From NCBI GenBank assembly GCA_050250895.1, contig JBFWNU010000001.1, forward strand, positions 2,884,891 through 2,948,890: a stretch of DNA of 64,000 nt, written 5' to 3'. A program made the position numbers and the translations under genes. Shown in pieces: positions 62,802 to 64,000 of the stretch. Source of the stretch: Vulcanimicrobiota bacterium. Its GTDB lineage: Bacteria > Vulcanimicrobiota > Xenobia > Xenobiales > JADMJV01. Under the pieces are notes generated by a model. The model ran no database searches. It had not been told where the DNA came from and saw nothing but the letters and a program-made list of their open reading frames with translations. How positions within the stretch are numbered: the first letter of the stretch is position 1; each line of letters opens with the position of its first letter.

Positions 62802-64000
62802 GTCTGCGCCAGCATCTGCGGGTGGAGGGAGTGGTCCAGGGAGTGGGCTTTCGCCCCCACGTCTATCGCCTGGCCCGCAGCCTATCGCTGAGCGGTTTTG
62901 TGGGCAACGACAGCCAGGGCGTGTTCATCGAGGTCGAAGGCGAGCCGGCCTCGCTTGAGGCCTTTCGCCGCCAGCTGATCGAATCAGCCCCCCCGGCCGC
63001 CTACATCGAACGCCTCACGCACCGCGACAAGCCGGCCACCGGAGAAACCGACTTCACCATCGTGCCCTCGCAAGCTCAAGAGAACATCGAGGTGCTGGTC
63101 TCGCCCGACCTCGATTGCTGCCCGGACTGTCTGGCCGAACTCGACAATCCGGCTGACCGACGTTATGGCTATCCTTTCATCAACTGCACCAACTGCGGGC
63201 CGCGCTTTACCATCATTCGCTCGCTGCCCTACGACCGGCCCAGGACGACCATGGCCGAATTCACCATGTGTAAGGCCTGTCATACCGAGTATGACGACCC
63301 CGGCGACCGGCGTTTTCACGCCCAGCCCAACGCCTGCCCGGAGTGCGGACCGAGCCTGTCCTTGCCCCTGCCCGAGGTGCTCGCGGCCCTGGCCGCCGGC
63401 CAGCTGGTAGCGATCAAAGGCGTGGGCGGCTATCATCTGGCCTGCGACGCCTTCAACGCCCATCCCATCCGCCGCCTGCGCGCTCGCAAAGGCCGCTTCT
63501 CGAAGCCCTTCGCGGTGATGGTGGCCGACCTCGAGACAGCCCGCCAACTGGCCTACGTCAGTCCGGCCGAAGAGGCTCTCTTGAGCAGCCGTCACAAGCC
63601 TATCGTACTGCTTTCATCGCGCCACCTCCTCCCCGATGAAGTGGCCCCCGGAGTCGACACCCTGGGCTTGATGCTGCCCTACACCCCCCTCCACCACTTG
63701 CTTTTGCAGCAGCAGCGGGCCCTGGTGATGACCTCGGCCAATCTCTCGAGCGAGCCCATCATCAGCACCGCCGAGCCGGCGCTCGACCAGTTGGCCGACC
63801 TGGTAGTGCACCACGACCGGCCCATCGAGATGGCTTGCGATGATTCGGTGGTCAGGGTCTATCGCGAGCAAGCCTTGCCCCTGCGCCGCTCGCGGGGATA
63901 TGCTCCCTTTCCAGTCGAGCTGCCCTTCGAGGTGCCGCCCAGTCTGGCGGTGGGAGCCCAGATGAAATCGACGTTCTGCCTGGGCCGGGGGCGTCACGCT
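62798..64000 (+). CDS. hypF: Carbamoyltransferase HypF (runs off the right edge)
   Basis: Translated from ATG 62798: GVVQGVGFRP (acylphosphatase), CPDC, YPFINCTNCGPRF, RRFHAQPNACPECGP and KGVGGYHLAC. Confidence 0.95.
   Translation, partial: MSLRQHLRVEGVVQGVGFRPHVYRLARSLSLSGFVGNDSQGVFIEVEGEPASLEAFRRQLIESAPPAAYIERLTHRDKPATGETDFTIVPSQAQENIEVLVSPDLDCCPDCLAELDNPADRRYGYPFINCTNCGPRFTIIRSLPYDRPRTTMAEFTMCKACHTEYDDPGDRRFHAQPNACPECGPSLSLPLPEVLAALAAGQLVAIKGVGGYHLACDAFNAHPIRRLRARKGRFSKPFAVMVADLETARQLAYVSPAEEALLSSRHKPIVLLSSRHLLPDEVAPGVDTLGLMLPYTPLHHLLLQQQRALVMTSANLSSEPIISTAEPALDQLADLVVHHDRPIEMACDDSVVRVYREQALPLRRSRGYAPFPVELPFEVPPSLAVGAQMKSTFCLGRGRHA

Overview
GC-rich bacterial chromosome segment with three parts. 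The expanded pilin/PilC/PEGA-kinase/CHAT content resembles Eremiobacterota-type genomes, but this is inference only. (1) 1-29.2 kb is a defence island. A + strand dpdE(partial)-dpdF-dpdG-dpdH-dpdI-like operon converges on an ~18-kb minus-strand gene run: a multi-TIR protein, a Cas4/Dna2-like PD-(D/E)XK nuclease, a 2123-aa SF1-helicase::DpdJ-like double-helicase fusion, a membrane-tailed TIR, and a TIR-iSTAND / MoxR / vWA ternary module whose vWA protein carries a WD40 propeller and a PGRP-like amidase. A NERD nuclease-helicase follows. (2) 29.3-46 kb is a type IV pilus/T2SS accessory region. It is built from repeated tail-to-tail [Ig-like lipoprotein -> <- PilX-like] pairs with conserved 5' parts and variable 3' parts, short remnants of the same genes flanking cargo genes, and a tandem Rpn (gene-in-gene toxin/antitoxin) array. 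Its promoters share a CRP/FNR-type GTGA-N6-TCAC architecture, and several transcripts appear leaderless. (3) 46-64 kb is mostly housekeeping and signalling: a candidate sRNA, GST, an exported CHAT protease, kaiB-kaiC with two hybrid kinases, an FNR-box hemerythrin-like gene, glgX, Uma2, a HicB-like gene and hypA-hypB-hypF. No rRNA, tRNA, CRISPR array or integrase was seen. All family calls come from motif recognition by eye; no database search was run.
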